Shown in pieces: positions 31,022-41,859 of a stretch of 64,000 nt of DNA. Each line of letters opens with the position of its first letter. Positions within the stretch are counted from its first letter, which is position 1. The DNA is from an uncultured Planctomycetota bacterium (GTDB lineage: Bacteria; Planctomycetota; Planctomycetia; Isosphaerales; Isosphaeraceae), in contig CAVTTN010000002.1 in NCBI GenBank assembly GCA_963737655.1, forward strand, positions 4,768,001 through 4,832,000. Reading direction: 5' to 3'. The position numbers and the translations under genes are program-made. The notes below the pieces were generated by a model, which worked only from the letters and a program-made list of their open reading frames with translations, did not search any database and was not told the origin of the DNA.

Positions 31022-32609
31022 ATGAGTAGGACACGACGAACCCGGTGGGCGGCGACCCTGGCCGCCCTGGGCCTCTGGGCGCGGCCAAGGTGGCGACCGC
31101 CGGGGACGACGGCCTGTACGGACCGCCGGGTGCGGGAGATACGGCCTTCCCCAAGGCCGACGCCCCTCCCCTGCCGATCTCCATGTCCAGGGCACCCGGG
31201 ACGCGGACGAATACCAAATCCGACGGCCTGACCCGAACCCGACACGGCTCGGCGGCGGCGCCCCAGTCCCAGGCCAGTCCGCAGGCCGGTCCGTTCGGGG
31301 CCACCGCCTCGGGCCAGGCCGGCATCCCGGCGCGACCGGCCAGGGAGGCCCGGCGGAATTCCCCTATGGGAACCCGCTCGGCGCCCCGGGGGCCGGGGGG
31401 ATGGGGGCCGGAGGGATGGGGGCCGGATCGACGGGCGGAGGCATCCCGGGGACAGGGGCCGCCACGCCTCCGGGCCTGGAGAACCTCGGCGCCGGTCCCG
31501 CGCCCGGAGCCGGAGCCGGAGCCGGAGCGGCCGGGGCCGGGGCGACCGACGCCGGGGCGGCGGCCTCGGGTCTGGGCGGCGGCTTCGCCGGGTCCACGGG
31601 CGCCTTCAACATGATCGGCGACCAGTCGCCGCTGTTCCAGAACGTGAAGATCAACGCCACGCCGTTCCCCGGGCCGGCGCCGGGGCCGAATCCCGCCGGG
31701 CGGCCTCCTCAGATCCCCTCCAGCACCCAGCAGAGCCTCCCCTTCCCCACCATCCGAGGCTTCAAGATCGCCGATAACCAGTCGCCCCGGCCCCAGGACC
31801 GCTTCTTCTACACCTTCAACTATTACGACAACCTCAACGCCGCCCAGAACCGCTACAATCAGTCGCCCGTGACCGACATGAAGGCCTATCGCCACGTCTT
31901 CGGCTTCGAGAAGACGTTCGACGACGGCAACGGCTCCATCGGCCTCCGCCTGCCGCTGAATACCCTCACGGCCAATTCGATCTCCCCGCGGAACATCGCC
32001 ACGCCGACCTCCACGGCCCTCGGCGACCTGAACATCTTCGCCAAGTACATCCTCAAGCAGAACAAGCAGACCGGCAACCTGCTCTCGGCCGGCTTCTCGA
32101 TCACCCCGCCGACCGGCTCCAGCACCTTCGGCGGCTCGAAGTACATCCGGCCGCTGCACACGACCGAGCTCCAGCCGTTCCTCGGATACATCTTCAACTT
32201 CGGCAAGTTCTACATCCAGGGCTTCTCCGAGCTCGACGTCCCGGTGAACTACCGAGACGTCACGCTGATCTACAACGACGTGGGCTTCGGCTATCGGCTC
32301 TACATGAACGAGGACCGCAACGCCTTCATCACGATGGTCGCCCCCACGTTCGAGGTCCACTCCAACAACCCGCTGAACCACCGGAACCCCTACAACAAGA
32401 ACGACCCGGCCGCCTCCACCGACGTCCTGAACCTGACCTACGGCATGAACGTGCAGTTCTACGGGACGTCCAACCTGGCCGTCGGCTTCGTCACCCCGAC
32501 GACCGGGACCAAGCCGTTCGATTACGAGGTGATCGCCCTGTTCAACGTCTACTTCGGCCGCTCCCGAGCCTTCCGGCCCGCCACCCCCCCGCCGTTCTAC
32601 GGCGGTTGA
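31022..32609 (+). CDS. Planctomycete-type exported, probable outer-membrane beta-barrel protein with low-complexity N-terminus (frameshifts near 31080 and 31390)
   Basis: Signal peptide at 31022; C-terminal region FKIADNQSPRPQDRFFYTFNYY...GFEKTF...SIGLRLP rich in aromatic beta strands. Confidence 0.6.
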
Positions 32610-32732
32610 GGCCACGCCCTCCCCTCGCCATCGGATCGCTCCTTCGTCGGGCCGGCCTCGGCCTGCCGCCGTGGCGGATCGGCAGGCCGAGGCCGGCCCG
32701 ACGAGGAACCGGCGAGCGATCCGACCGGGATT

Positions 32733-33921
32733 CTAGGTCACGACCGAACCCACTCCCGAGAACGTCCGCCAGGTGCCGTCGCGCAGCACCTCCCCGATCG
32801 CCTCCACGGCGGCCTCCGGCTCGTCGTCTCGGGTGTAGAAATGCGGGGAGAGCCGGATTCCGACCCCGGGGCGATAGTCGCACAGGATCTGGCGGGCCTT
32901 CAGCGCCTTCGAGACCTCGTATCCGTGGGGGACGTCCAGCGCCACCGTCCCCCCGCGTTTTGCCGAGTCGCGGGGCGTTTTCGACGGGAACCCCCGGGCG
33001 TCGGCCAGCTCCAGGAGCCCGCCCGTCTGGCGGATCGACTTCGCCCGGATCGCCCCGACGCCGATCTCCCCGACGATCTCCAGGCCCGGCCTCGCCGCGT
33101 ACAGGGCCGGGACGTTCGGCGTCCCGTGGAGGAACCGCCACGAGTCGGCTCGACGGTCCATCGCGGGCTCGAACCCGAACGGCCGGAGGTGGGCCATCCA
33201 GCCCGTCAATCTCGGCGAGAGCCCGGGGATCAACTCGGGCCGGACCCGCAAGAACGCCGCGCCCGGCCCCCCGCAGAGCCACTTCAGGCATCCGCCGATG
33301 TAGACATCGATCCCCTCCGCCTCGACGTCCACCGGGATCGAGCCGACGGCCTGATAGCCGTCGATGATCGAGACCGCGCCGTGCGCCGGGCCCCTCGGCG
33401 ATCGCGGCCACGTCCTCGACGAACGAGCTCCGGAACGCCACGTGAGAGACGTTCACCAGCGCCGTCCGATCGTCGATCGCCTCGACGACCCGTCCGGCGT
33501 CGATCGTCGAGCCGTCGTCCGACGGGACGACCACGACCCGCGCGCCTCGCGCCTTCTGGGCCTCGATCAGGTACAGAATCGACGGGAAATGCAGGGAATC
33601 GGTCACGATCGTGTCGCGGCCCGGTCGGAAATCGAACGCGCTGAAGATCACCTCGTGGGCGATCGTCACGTTCGGCTGGAAGACGACCTCGCCGGCCTTC
33701 GCGCCGATCAGAGGCGCCACCCGATCGCCGAGGTCGCCGACCATCGTCCACCAGGTCTCCTCCCAGGCCCGGACCCCGCGATCGGCCCAGGTCCGGGCGT
33801 AGTCGATCAACGCGAGCTCGGCCCCTCGGGGCATGGCGCCGAGCGAGTTGGAGATCAAATAATTCGTCGATCCGAGGATCGGGAAGCGGTCGCGGTAGGA
33901 GAGCAGAGGGTCGGCCGTCAT
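32733..33921 (-). CDS. kynU: Kynureninase-like class V PLP enzyme, apparent frameshift near 33390
   Basis: YLISNSLGAMP, DGYQ, GCLKWLCGGPG, GTPN, RGG; ATGA overlap with kynB. Confidence 0.8.
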
Positions 33922-34556
33922 CGCGTCGGGACCTCCCGGTCAATCGTCCGCAAGATGGCCCGGACGGGGCTGGCGTCGAACCCGACGAGCCGCAACGGCA
34001 GGGCGATCAGCTCGTAATGGCCGTCGGGCACCTCGGAGAGCACGAGCCCTTCGAGGATCGCCATGTCCAGGCCTAAAAAGGCGTGATGCGCGTCCAGACT
34101 CTTCGAGGAGAACGGATCGACGCTCGGCGTGTCGATGCCGATCAGGACGACCCCCTGGGCGTGGAGCCTCTCGACCAGCGCCGGGTCGATCGCGGCGAAG
34201 TCCTCGCGGAAGGTGTGGGGGTCGGGAGCCGTGCCGGTGCGGATCAGGACGCGGGGCGAGCGGATCGGCGCCGCCAGATCCTCGAACCGGACCAGGCCCG
34301 CCGGCCCTTCGGCGGCCCCGACGACCTGGCACGGGCCGAGGTAGAGTCCCAGATCGCGCGATTCGATCGTCGGCGCCCCCGGGCCGTAATGGCTCGGCGC
34401 GTCGGCATGGGCGCCGAGGTGGACGGTGGCCCTCAAGGTCGAGAGCGTGATCGGATCGCCCCGATCCAGGTCGAGCAGGACCTCCCGGGTCGGCGGCGAA
34501 TCCCCCGGCCAGACGGCCAGGCGAGGCGAGATCGGCGGCGAGATGTCGTAAATCAT
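33918..34556 (-). CDS. kynB: Kynurenine formamidase (cyclase family)
   Basis: DISPP...VWPGD, HLGAHADAP, GIDTPSVD, ILEGL, DASPVRA. Confidence 0.87.
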   Translation of the reverse strand: MIYDISPPISPRLAVWPGDSPPTREVLLDLDRGDPITLSTLRATVHLGAHADAPSHYGPGAPTIESRDLGLYLGPCQVVGAAEGPAGLVRFEDLAAPIRSPRVLIRTGTAPDPHTFREDFAAIDPALVERLHAQGVVLIGIDTPSVDPFSSKSLDAHHAFLGLDMAILEGLVLSEVPDGHYELIALPLRLVGFDASPVRAILRTIDREVPTR

Positions 34557-34692
34557 GGTCCGGTCCAGCTTAGGCCGACGACGGCCCGACGGCCAGCGGC
34601 CGGCGACCGCGAAAAACTGACCCCTGATGACGTCGCAGTCCGGTGGCGTCATAATGCGGCGAGCCGGCCCGAGAGAATCCCCGGAGGGGTCC

Positions 34693-35949
34693 ATGAGCGT
34701 CACCGCGCATCTGTCACCGATCGCCGAGGCGGTCGTCCACTCCAACGCGGGTCGGAAACCGAAGCGTTTGAGGCGGAAATTCCGCCTGATGAGCCGCGAT
34801 GCGTTCGCGTTCTTCCGGGGGGCCGACTCGCTGTTCGCCCAGGCCTGGGCGGACCTGGCCCCGAGCGACCCCGGGCCGGCGATCCTGCTCTCGGGCGACC
34901 TTCACCTCGAGAATTTCGGCGCCTACCGCGCGGATTCGGGCGACTATCGGTTCGACGTGAACGATTTCGACGAGGCGGCCGTCGGCCCGGCGTCGCTGGA
35001 CCTGGTCCGCTGCACCACGAGCATCTTCCTCGCGACCGAGCAATGGCGGATGTCTCCCACCCGGGCGGCCGGGATGGCCCTGGCGTTCCTGGATGCGTAC
35101 CGGGCGACGATCGCCGGCGAGGCCAAGGACGGGCGGATCGGCCAGATCGCCCCCAGGAGTGGCCACGGCCCGATCTGGGAACTCCTGGCCGAGACGGCCG
35201 CCGGCTCCCAGCAAGGGCTCCTCGAAGGCCAGACCCGCCAGAAGTCCTCGGGCAAGCGGATGATCCGCCGGACCGACCGCCATCCCGGCGTGGGCAAGGT
35301 CCGGGCCCGCGAGGTCGCCGAGGCCATCGAGGGGCTCGGCCGCTCGATGGGCGACTCCGAGCCGTTCGAGGTCCTGGACGTGACCGGGCGGGTCGCCGGC
35401 CTGGGGAGCCTGGGCCTCCGGCGGTATCTCGTCCTGGTCCGGGGCCGGGAGGACTCGGGCGGGGAGCGGCTGTTCGACGTCAAGGAGGTCGTGCCCTCGG
35501 CCCTGACCGGGGCCCCCGGGGTGACCGATCCGGGCTTGCCCGGGGGCGAGTCGGGCCGGGTCGTCGGCGCCCAGGCGAAGCTCCAGGCCGAGCCGACCGC
35601 CGGGCTCGCCCCGCTCGCCATCGGCGACCGGCCGTTCCGCGTCCGCGAGATGATCCCGGAAGAGAACCGCGCGAGCCTGGAGAGGCTCCACCGCGACCCC
35701 GAGAAGCTCGCGCTGGCCGTGGCGGTCGCCGGCAAGGTCGCCGCGTGGTCCCAGCTCCGAGGGGCGGATTTCGGCCCGGAAGACAACCGCTCCGCCGCCC
35801 TGGTGGCCTGGGCCTCCGGCCCCACCCTCGACGCGATCCTCGCCGCCTCGGCCCGATGCGCCGACCGCACCCGCAAGGAGTTCCTCCAGTTCAGCGCCGA
35901 CTACCGGGCCGGGCTGATCAAGCCGCCGGTCAAGCCCGAGGCGGAGTGA
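34693..35949 (+). CDS. DUF2252 family protein (kinase-like fold)
   Basis: FAFFRG, GDLHLENFG, FDVNDFDEA, GLGSLGLRRY. Confidence 0.88.
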   Translation: MSVTAHLSPIAEAVVHSNAGRKPKRLRRKFRLMSRDAFAFFRGADSLFAQAWADLAPSDPGPAILLSGDLHLENFGAYRADSGDYRFDVNDFDEAAVGPASLDLVRCTTSIFLATEQWRMSPTRAAGMALAFLDAYRATIAGEAKDGRIGQIAPRSGHGPIWELLAETAAGSQQGLLEGQTRQKSSGKRMIRRTDRHPGVGKVRAREVAEAIEGLGRSMGDSEPFEVLDVTGRVAGLGSLGLRRYLVLVRGREDSGGERLFDVKEVVPSALTGAPGVTDPGLPGGESGRVVGAQAKLQAEPTAGLAPLAIGDRPFRVREMIPEENRASLERLHRDPEKLALAVAVAGKVAAWSQLRGADFGPEDNRSAALVAWASGPTLDAILAASARCADRTRKEFLQFSADYRAGLIKPPVKPEAE

Positions 35950-35972
35950 CCCGATCGAGCGAGGATCGCCCC

Positions 35973-36971
35973 ATGATGAACGACCCGACGGGCGCGGCCC
36001 TGATCGTGGTGGCCGTCGGCGCCGCCCTGTTCCTGCTCGTCCGGATCGCCCGGACGGGCGTGCCCGGCCTGTCCCCGAGCCGGTGGGTGAAGGTTGGGTA
36101 TCCGCCGTCGAGGATCGTCCCGGAACCGCTCGGGCCGGCGGGCCCGGAGGACCTCGACCTGTCCCACGGGAAGATTGACGCCCTCCGCCAGAGTGGATTC
36201 GCCGACATCGGGATGTTCGGCCACGCGGGTCAGCCGGGGCGGCCGCTCTGGGCAGGCATCCACCGGACCGAGGGTATCACCGCCGTCCTCTCGGTGATCG
36301 GCCAGCCCGGCGAATGCCTGGAGCTGAGCTCGCACTACCAGGACGGCACGAGCTTCGCCACCGCAGTCGGCCCGCTTCTCGGCTGGAACGACCCGGCCGA
36401 GGGCTGGAGCATCGAATCGCTCCAGGAACTCGACACCGCCGAGGCCGTCCGCCGCCACCTCGAAAATCGGCCCCGGAAGCCGCTCGACCCCGACCTTCCC
36501 AGCACGTTCGCCGAGCGATACGCGGCGAGGTACGCGAGGATCATGGACTGGCGGAACGCCCGAGGGGGCTTCACCGAGGAGGAGATCCGCCGCCTCCAGG
36601 CCCTGACCGGGGCCTCCACCGACGAGGCCGACATCTCCCGGATCGTCGGGGCGATCCGCCTCCGGGCGCGGGTCGCCCTCGACGCGACCCTGAAAGAGCG
36701 GTTCCTCGAACGAGCCGCCGGCCTCGGTCGCGACTTCTCCCCTCAGAGCCATCGGCTGGTGATCGTCCACGACGGCTGGACGCGGTACGATATCGACGGG
36801 GCCATCGCCCGGTTCTCCCGAGGAATCCTCAAGGGAGCCGACGTCGTCGGCCCCGACGTGCCCGCTCGGGTCGCCATGGAGGTCCTGAATCATCGGCTGA
36901 AGAGCGATGCCCTGGAGCTGGTCGGGCGGATCGAGGCGCCGGTGGAAGCGGATGTGTATCTGAGGCCGTGA
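35973..36971 (+). CDS. Hypothetical protein with N-terminal transmembrane helix
   Basis: Hydrophobic N-terminus; fills the gap between DUF2252 and Hsp70 on the same strand. Confidence 0.6.
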   Translation: MMNDPTGAALIVVAVGAALFLLVRIARTGVPGLSPSRWVKVGYPPSRIVPEPLGPAGPEDLDLSHGKIDALRQSGFADIGMFGHAGQPGRPLWAGIHRTEGITAVLSVIGQPGECLELSSHYQDGTSFATAVGPLLGWNDPAEGWSIESLQELDTAEAVRRHLENRPRKPLDPDLPSTFAERYAARYARIMDWRNARGGFTEEEIRRLQALTGASTDEADISRIVGAIRLRARVALDATLKERFLERAAGLGRDFSPQSHRLVIVHDGWTRYDIDGAIARFSRGILKGADVVGPDVPARVAMEVLNHRLKSDALELVGRIEAPVEADVYLRP

Positions 36972-37019
36972 CGGGTTGACACCATTCGCTGCCGAGGATC
37001 GAACCGGAGGCGTGACGCG

Positions 37020-39080
37020 ATGGGGACGTTCGTGGGGATCGACCTCGGGACGACGAATTCGGTCGTCGCCCACCGCAACGCCTTCGGCCGGCCGGAGGTC
37101 ATCGCCAATCGCGAGGGGCAGAACGTCACGCCGTCGGTCGTGTACTTCGGCACCGAGCCGCCGGTCGTGGGGCAGGAGGCGAAGGAATATGCCCGGCTCG
37201 GCGACGACCAGATCGCCAGCTTCTTCAAGCCCCACATGGGCTCGGCGCTCTTCCGGCTGAGGTTCCACGACCGCGATTACGACGCCACGGACCTCTCCGC
37301 GCTGGTCCTCGGCCGCCTGAAGGAAGACGCCGAGGCGAAGCTGGGCGAGTCGGTCGATCGCGCCGTGATCACCGTGCCCGCCTACTTCGCCGACGCCCAG
37401 CGCAAGGCCACCATCGAGGCCGGCCGCCGCGCCGGGCTCGACGTCTTGCGGATCATCAACGAGCCGACCGCCGCGGCCCTGGCCTACGGCCTCCAGAAGA
37501 CCGGGCCGGGCGAGACCGTGCTGATCTACGACCTCGGCGGGGGGACGTTCGACGTGACCGTGGCGAGGATCACGCCCGAGGAGGTCGCGGTGCTCTCCAC
37601 GGCCGGGGACCACGACCTCGGCGGCAAGAACTGGGATGACCGGATCGCCACGTTCCTCGCCGAGAAATTCGCCTCCGAGACCGGCATCGATCCGCTCGAC
37701 GACCCGATGATGTTGAATGAGGTGCTCGTCCGGAGCGAGCAGGCAAAATGGACGCTTTCCGAGCGTTCGGCCGCCCGCGTGACCCTCCAGATCGGCACCG
37801 AACGACGCTCTTACGAGATCACCCGGTCCGAATTCGAGGGGATGACGTTCCCCCTGATGGACCGCACCCGGAGATTGACCGAGGAGGCGTTGGGCGAGGC
37901 GAAACTGTCGTGGGACCGGCTCGCGGGCGTCCTGCTCGTGGGCGGATCGACGCGGATGCCGATGGTCCGCCAGTACGTCTCGCAGATGTCCGGCCAGCCG
38001 CCCCGGGCCGGGGTGAACGTGGATGAAGTCGTCGCCCTCGGCGCGGCGATCCAGGCGGCGATGGACGTCGGCCAGTCGTCCGATTCGGCCACGCCGAAAT
38101 TCACGCTCGTCGGCGCCCGCCGCGTGAGCGACGTGATGGCCCACAGCCTGGGCGCCGTCGCCGTGAATCCCGAAGGCACCGCCTATGTCAACGACATCAT
38201 CATCCGAAGAAATGTCCCGATCCCCGCCGAGAACATGACGTCCTATCTGCACGAGACCCACGCCGGCAAGAACGAGACGCTGGAGGTTTATTTGACCCAG
38301 GGGGAGAGCGCCCATCCGTTGGATTGCTCGGTCCTGGGCAAATACGTCTTCTCGGGCATCCAGGCGACCGACCGGGAGGTCACGGTGGACGTGGGCCTCT
38401 CCTACGATGCCAACGGCGTGGTGCAGGTCCGGGCCGTCCAGAGGGACACGAAGCACCCGCTCCTCATGAGGGTCGAGCCGGTGCCGGACGACCTCTCCTG
38501 GCTCGGCCGCCCGCCGGTGGCGCCGACGTTCGAGGCCCCGGCCGAGCCGGTCCGCGTGTTCCTCCTGATCGACTGCTCGGCGAGCATGGCGGGCCATCCG
38601 TTGATGGAAGCCCAGAAGGCCGCGCGGGCGTTCCTGGACAAGTGCGACTTCACCTCGACGGAGGTCGGGCTGATCTCGTTCTCCGACGAGGTCAGCCTCC
38701 AGGCCGAGGCCACGGACAACGTGCGGAAGGTCCAGGCCGCGCTCGCCCGGCTCGAGGCCGACGGCACCACGAACCTCTCCGACGCCCTGGAGATGGCCCG
38801 CTCTCACCTGAGTCTCGACGACCGCCGCCGCTACGTGGTGATCCTGACCGACGGCTACCCCGACTCGACCGACGCGGCCATCGACCAGGCCGACCGGGCC
38901 AAGGGTTCGGGCATCGAGATCGTGGCCATCGGCACCGGAGACGCCGACCGCGAGTACCTCCGCCGCCTGGCCAGCACGGAGGAGGGCTCGATCTTCGCGA
39001 GGCAGGGCGAGCTCGTCCAGGCGTTCGGCCACATCGCCCGGGTGATCGCCTCGGGAGGGCGAGGCTTGCGGAAGATCTAG
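37020..39080 (+). CDS. Hsp70 family protein with C-terminal VWA domain
   Basis: [42 protein letters not shown]-beta region; then LLIDCSASM...GTTNL...ILTDG. Confidence 0.93.
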   Translation: MGTFVGIDLGTTNSVVAHRNAFGRPEVIANREGQNVTPSVVYFGTEPPVVGQEAKEYARLGDDQIASFFKPHMGSALFRLRFHDRDYDATDLSALVLGRLKEDAEAKLGESVDRAVITVPAYFADAQRKATIEAGRRAGLDVLRIINEPTAAALAYGLQKTGPGETVLIYDLGGGTFDVTVARITPEEVAVLSTAGDHDLGGKNWDDRIATFLAEKFASETGIDPLDDPMMLNEVLVRSEQAKWTLSERSAARVTLQIGTERRSYEITRSEFEGMTFPLMDRTRRLTEEALGEAKLSWDRLAGVLLVGGSTRMPMVRQYVSQMSGQPPRAGVNVDEVVALGAAIQAAMDVGQSSDSATPKFTLVGARRVSDVMAHSLGAVAVNPEGTAYVNDIIIRRNVPIPAENMTSYLHETHAGKNETLEVYLTQGESAHPLDCSVLGKYVFSGIQATDREVTVDVGLSYDANGVVQVRAVQRDTKHPLLMRVEPVPDDLSWLGRPPVAPTFEAPAEPVRVFLLIDCSASMAGHPLMEAQKAARAFLDKCDFTSTEVGLISFSDEVSLQAEATDNVRKVQAALARLEADGTTNLSDALEMARSHLSLDDRRRYVVILTDGYPDSTDAAIDQADRAKGSGIEIVAIGTGDADREYLRRLASTEEGSIFARQGELVQAFGHIARVIASGGRGLRKI

Positions 39081-39102
39081 AGGCATGTCAGGCTGATACC
39101 CC

Positions 39103-39216
39103 GGGTGGCATGCCCACGTCCGCCTGGGCATGTCTTCGGAGCGGCTCGGCTCGATGGGCTTGAATCCCTTGGGATCGAATGGAAGACATGCCCACGCGGA
39201 CGTGGGCCTGCCACCC
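39103..39216. repeat. Family C palindromic doublet
   Basis: GGGTGGCATGCCCACG...CATGTCTTC at 39103-39137 and an inverted unit at 39182-39216. Confidence 0.85.
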
Positions 39217-39235
39217 GGGAGCGGGGAGAATCCAC

Positions 39236-40111
39236 GTGGCGGCCGGTTCAATCTTCGAGACTCTGGGCCGGACGTCTCGGATCGCCTACGACCAGGCCAT
39301 CGCCGGGGCCGTCGGCGCGGTGTTCGGGCTCGATCTCTATGCCGAGACGGTCCACTCCAGCGACCTGAATACCCGGGACGCGCTGGCCGGGGCGTTCATC
39401 GGCGGGTCGATCGGGTTCGTGCTGAACGCGGCGGGGGCGTTCCGCGATCGGGCGTGGCTCCGGCTGTCGAGGACGGCCACCTGGGGCGCCGTCGCCGGCG
39501 CCGTGGGAGGCGCGGCCGGGCTCCTGATCGGCGAACGGGTGCTCGGCGGGTTCCAGGGGGGCGTGATCGGCCGGGCCGTGTCGTGGTCGATCCTGGGCCT
39601 GGGGATCGGGCTGAGCCAGGGCCTGGCGTATCGGTCGATGCAGAGGCTCCGGTTCGGCCTGATCGGCGGCGGGATCGGCGGGTTCGTCGGCGGATTCCTG
39701 TTCGAGATGCTTCGGGACCGCCTGGGGAACCGGTATGATCTGAGCCAGGGCCTCGGCATGGTGATCCTCGGCGCGGGGCTGGGGCTCTGCCTGGCGCTGG
39801 TCGAACAGGTGCTCGGACGGGTCTGGGTCACGGTCCTGAACGGCCGTCAAGAAGGCCGATCGTACCTGCTCGCCTCGCGGGTCTCGGCGCTCGGGCTGGA
39901 CGAGAGGGCGGAGGTCGGCCTCTTCGGCGACCCGAACATCGCCCGCCGCCACGCCGAGATCGAGCGGAGCGGACCCGGATTCGTCCTCCACAACCGAGAC
40001 GACAAGGGCCGGACCAAGATCAACGGCCAGCCCGTCACCAAGCCGAGAGACCTGAGCGACGGCGACCGGATCGAGCTGGGCCAGACACTCTTGATGTTCC
40101 GAAAACGCTGA
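39236..40111 (+). CDS. Gly-rich multi-pass membrane protein with C-terminal FHA domain
   Basis: About 7 GxxxG-rich helices; C-terminal RRHAEI...TKING...LSDGDRIELG; GTG start preceded by GGAGA. Confidence 0.85.
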   Translation: MAAGSIFETLGRTSRIAYDQAIAGAVGAVFGLDLYAETVHSSDLNTRDALAGAFIGGSIGFVLNAAGAFRDRAWLRLSRTATWGAVAGAVGGAAGLLIGERVLGGFQGGVIGRAVSWSILGLGIGLSQGLAYRSMQRLRFGLIGGGIGGFVGGFLFEMLRDRLGNRYDLSQGLGMVILGAGLGLCLALVEQVLGRVWVTVLNGRQEGRSYLLASRVSALGLDERAEVGLFGDPNIARRHAEIERSGPGFVLHNRDDKGRTKINGQPVTKPRDLSDGDRIELGQTLLMFRKR

Positions 40112-40115
40112 AAAC

Positions 40116-40179
40116 TCGCAGGGCAGGCCCTGGCCTGCCGGGTCAGGTCCGGGACGGCAGGCCAAGGCCTGCCCTACGA
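40116..40179. repeat. GTAG-type REP doublet, family A, copy 3
   Basis: GCAGGGCAGGCCCTGGCCTGCCG...CGGCAGGCCAAGGCCTGCCCTACGA. Confidence 0.85.
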
Positions 40180-40249
40180 ATCCACTCTGACAAACCGTGA
40201 CCCCGTGGTTCGTCGATCCGAGAAAACTGCCCGAGGGACCAGGATTGCG

Positions 40250-41697
40250 ATGAGTGCCAAGGGAGCCGACTCCTGGTCTTTGGAGGTCGTCCGGGGAAAG
40301 GACCTGGGGAAGCGGTTCGCGCTGACGGCCCCCTCGCTCGTCCTCGGCAACGCGCCGGGCCGGGATCGGCGCTCGACCTGGCCGATCAGGAAGGCAACGC
40401 ACCCCGGCGAATGGCCCCGAAGCAGGCCCAGATCGACCGATCCGGGGCCACCCTGACCCTCCGCGACCTGGACAGCCCCGGCGGGACGTTCGTGAACCGC
40501 CAGCGACTGCTCGCCGGACAGGCCCGCGCGCTGGCCGAGGGAGACGTCCTCCAGCTCGGCGGGGTCCAGTTGAAACTGGTCCGCGAAGGCGCGAACAACG
40601 GCGCCCCTTCTCCTGCCCCTGCCCCTGCCCCGGTTCCGGCCCCAGCGCCGGCCCCGGTCCATGCGGCACCGACGTCCTCGGGCTTCCCGTTCACGCTCCG
40701 GCCTTCGGGCGCGACGTGCCGGACCTGGGACGATTTCCTCGTGGTGTCGGCGCAGAGGTGGGGCGAGCTCCGGGACGAGCTGGAATCCGGCCGATTGGCG
40801 GCGTTCGTCCGGGGGGTCGGCCGATCCGATCTCGCCCCCGAACCCGCCGGCCCGGCCGACGAGCGGCTCGACGCCTGGCTCGCGAAGCTGCCGACCACCA
40901 AACCGGCGCGGGCGGAGCTCGACGTCCACCCGCGAACCCTCGTCTTCCGGGCCGGGGCGGGCGGCGGGACGACCCGGAAGAAGGTGCAAATCGCCAACGC
41001 CGGCCATCGTTTGCTGAGGACCACGGCCCGCGTCGAGCCTCCGTCGGCGACGTGGTTGAAGGTCGATGCGGCGGGGCCGATCGTCACCGTCGAATCGACC
41101 GACCTGGCCATTGATGTGAGCGTCCCCGAAGGCCTCGCGAAGAGGCTCTCCGCCTCGATCGTCCTGGACAGCAACGGCGGGTCCGCGACGGTCGCCGTGA
41201 CGGTCGAACCGATCGGCGCGAAGGACGCGATCCCGAGCGTGTCGTCCCCTTCGGCGGCCCTGCCGTCGCTCGGCCTCCGCGAGCGGATCGCGACGCAGCC
41301 GGCCGGGACGAGGCTGGTGGGCTGGACGGCGGTCGCGGCGCTCGGTCGGCTGGCGATCGCGGGGGCGGCGGCGATCCCGTCCCAGGTCGGCCTGCCGACG
41401 TCCGGCTCGCCGCCCGATTTGATCGGCCCGGCGGCCTTGCTCGCGATCGTCGGGGCCTTCGCGGGGATGACGTTTGCCGCGAGGCGGAAGGAACTCCGAG
41501 AAATGCCCTTCGCCGGGTTCGCCGGGGGGGTCGGCGGCGTGATGATGGCCTCGGTCGTCGTCGCCATCTGCCGGACGGCCGAGAGGGGCCACGGGCTCCT
41601 CGTCGCCGTGGCGATCTGGGCGGCGATCGGCGCGGCGATGGCCGGGCTCTCGATCCTCCTCGTGCCCGAGGCGAAGCCGAAAGGGGGCGGATCATGA
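40250..41697 (+). CDS. FHA + helical + Ig/BACON-like + C-terminal membrane domain protein, apparent frameshift near 40365
   Basis: LEVVRGKDLGKRF and LRDLDSPGGTFVN...LAEGDVLQLG; PA linker; beta-sandwich segment; about 4 TM helices. Confidence 0.78.
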
Positions 41698-41725
41698 GCC
41701 TTTCGCCGTCCAGACATCCCTGGCT

Positions 41726-41848
41726 CTCGTTGCCACGCTCGGCGAGGGAATGCCGCCTTGCACGCTCCGCGTGCCTGCGGGGCCGAGGCGCGGGACCGAA
41801 GACGCAGGGCGTCGAAGCCGGCATCCCCTCGCCGAGCGCGGGAACGAG
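41726..41848. repeat. REP-like element, family F (CTCGTT-CCACGCTC...GAGCG-GGGAACGAG)
   Basis: Imperfect 30-bp terminal inverted repeats at 41726-41755 and 41819-41848. Confidence 0.78.
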
Positions 41849-41859
41849 GAGGAAGGGCG

